Below are positions 63,001-64,000 of a stretch of DNA of 64,000 bases, piece after piece (positions within the stretch are counted from its first letter, which is position 1; every line of letters begins with the position of its first letter). Both the position numbers and the translations under genes were made by a program. This DNA is from Bifidobacterium breve (GTDB taxonomy: Bacteria; Actinomycetota; Acidimicrobiia; Acidimicrobiales; Ilumatobacteraceae), in NCBI GenBank assembly GCA_945886445.1, contig CAMCZG010000004.1, forward strand, positions 72-64,071, written 5' to 3'. The notes under the pieces were generated by a model. It saw only the letters and a list, made by a program, of their open reading frames with translations. It made no database searches and was not told the origin of the DNA.

Positions 63001-63219
63001 ATGGCTCAAACAATTGGCCCAAAAGGGCAGGTGGTCGTTCCCAAGAAAATTCGTGATGCACTTGGTTTAAAACCTGGAGACTCGGTCGTTGTTCATCAGC
63101 ACGGAAACCAAGTCATCATTGAATCAACAGCTTCACAGAAGGCACTTAAGGGAATTTTTGCTGGCCTCAACTTGCTTCAAGATCTTGAAGAAGAAAAGCG
63201 AATCGAGCGCATGCGATGA
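63001..63219 (+). CDS. vapB: AbrB/SpoVT/MazE-fold antitoxin (VapB-like)
   Basis: Contains GPKGQVVVPKKIRDALGLKPGDSVVV (swapped-hairpin motif). 72 aa. An ATGA overlap links it to the PIN gene. Confidence 0.85.
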   Translation: MAQTIGPKGQVVVPKKIRDALGLKPGDSVVVHQHGNQVIIESTASQKALKGIFAGLNLLQDLEEEKRIERMR

Positions 63220-63593
63220 TCTGCCTCGACTCTTGGGCAGTTATTGCTTGGGTGCTCGGGCAAGAACCCTCTGCAGCTCAAGTTCAAAAAGTCATTTCAC
63301 AGCGTCCTCTTATTTCCACCGTCAATATTGCCGAAGTTTTCTACATTGTCAAAAGGAAAACCGATGAAGACACGGCGCAGCAACTCATCAGGGATTTACG
63401 CAGTCAGTTGACGTTCGTTACTGCTGACGAAGACCTCGCAGTACGCGCTGGTCTTATTAAGTCAAATAATCCCCTGGCCCTCGCCGATGCATTTGCCCTA
63501 GCCACCTCAGCAACACGCAATGCGACTCTTTTGACTGGTGACCCTGAAATATTGAGATTAAAGGGTAAGTGGAAAGTGCGCGATATTCGCTAG
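63216..63593 (+). CDS. vapC: PIN-domain ribonuclease toxin (VapC-like)
   Basis: 125 aa with acidic residues at the expected positions (MICLDS..., NIAEV, LADAFALA, LLTGDPE). Confidence 0.85.
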   Translation: MICLDSWAVIAWVLGQEPSAAQVQKVISQRPLISTVNIAEVFYIVKRKTDEDTAQQLIRDLRSQLTFVTADEDLAVRAGLIKSNNPLALADAFALATSATRNATLLTGDPEILRLKGKWKVRDIR

Positions 63594-63663
63594 CTCCGCT
63601 TCGCTGAAATGTAACCATTTAAGAACCGCTACTATTTCCCCAAGCATTACTTCAGGGGGAAAA

Positions 63664-64000
63664 ATGTCATCAGAACTTCGCGGCTTAGCAGGTAAACGAG
63701 TACTCATCACAGGAGGCGGAAAAGGCCAAGGAGCAAACCACGCTCGCGCCTTTGCCGCAGCAGGCTGCGATGTAGCCGTGCTCGATATCGACCACGACAT
63801 CAACAACATTTACCCTCTCTCCACAGCAGCAATGATTGCCGAGACGGTAAAAGAAATTGAATCTTGTGGTCGCCAAGCCGTGGGAGTTGTTGCCGACCTT
63901 CGCGACGAACTCCAAGTGAAAAAAGCCATTGATGAAGTCATCGGCCGCCTCGGACAAATTGACATTGTGGTGAACAACGCGGGCGTTGCAGCACTCGACA
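63664..64000 (+). CDS. SDR family oxidoreductase, mycofactocin-coupled (carveol-dehydrogenase-like) subtype; 3' end outside the window
   Basis: Hand translation from ATG 63664 (SD CAGGGGGA) gives MSSELRGLAGKRVLITGGGKGQGANHARAFAAAGCDVAVLDIDHDINNIYPLSTAAMIAETV...NNAG. The TGxxxGQG motif and the inserted YPL(S/A)T loop are typical of that subtype. It is absent from the ORF track because no stop lies in the window. Confidence 0.8.
   Translation, partial: MSSELRGLAGKRVLITGGGKGQGANHARAFAAAGCDVAVLDIDHDINNIYPLSTAAMIAETVKEIESCGRQAVGVVADLRDELQVKKAIDEVIGRLGQIDIVVNNAGVAALD

Noticed and set aside
63558-63957. Minus-strand ORFs 63558..63809 and 63685..63957.
   Set aside because: They are antisense to a clearly SDR-like plus-strand reading frame that has a good SD and ATG at 63664.
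1-64000. A scan of the whole window for CRISPR arrays, tRNA/rRNA genes, IS elements, integrases, reverse transcriptases, riboswitch-like leaders and long inter-gene repeats.
   Set aside because: I saw no regularly spaced direct repeats outside coding tandem repeats and no T-loop/acceptor-like tRNA structure. I saw no transposase, integrase or RT motifs. Intergenic regions are mostly under 150 nt. This was an inspection by eye only, so small ncRNAs cannot be excluded.

Overview
This is a densely coding chromosomal segment of about 70 genes. Its gene content looks like Actinomycetota: a WhiB-like regulator next to a PdtaS-type histidine kinase, DUF3107, Mrp/ApbC, a class E sortase, a DtxR/IdeR-type repressor, HelD, an HU protein with a Lys/Ala/Pro-rich tail, and a mycofactocin-type SDR. 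I recognised no rRNA, tRNA, CRISPR array, transposase or integrase. All calls come from reading motifs by eye; no database search was run.

Layout:
1. 0-9 kb: housekeeping genes (etfBA, lipid kinase, GDPD, whiB, pdtaS, DUF3107, mrp, a wHTH regulator).
2. 9.0-16.2 kb: a complete, translationally coupled System I cytochrome c maturation operon (ccmA-B-C-D-E-F-G-H-I-like) plus a trailing Moco oxidoreductase. It includes a 44-codon ccmD that is absent from the ORF track.
3. 16-22 kb: sortase E, crotonase, TetR, a DtxR-like repressor, and a helD gene interrupted by a single in-frame TAA.
4. 22-25 kb: unknown secreted, Cys-cluster and coiled-coil proteins.
5. 25-31 kb: a partial reductive pyrimidine / beta-alanine catabolic set and fhs.
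6. 28.3-46.7 kb: one long minus-strand run. It carries livFGMHJ, three tandem secreted serine-protease genes (an S8, a 1458-aa protein with two complete S8 catalytic domains, and an S1), a cupin and a CoA-transferase.
7. 47-59 kb: mixed metabolism, two ABC-F ATPases, a 4-repeat FG-GAP-like lipoprotein, and EthD/OYE/hupB.
8. 59-63.6 kb: an accessory-looking patch with an XRE-HTH / minimal nucleotidyltransferase TA-like pair, a DUF1330-like/DUF2855 pair, an unknown gene, and vapBC.

Best candidates for something new:
- the two-headed subtilase and its protease locus
- the non-canonical HTH/NTase module
- System I ccm in an actinobacterial context
- the nonsense-split helD
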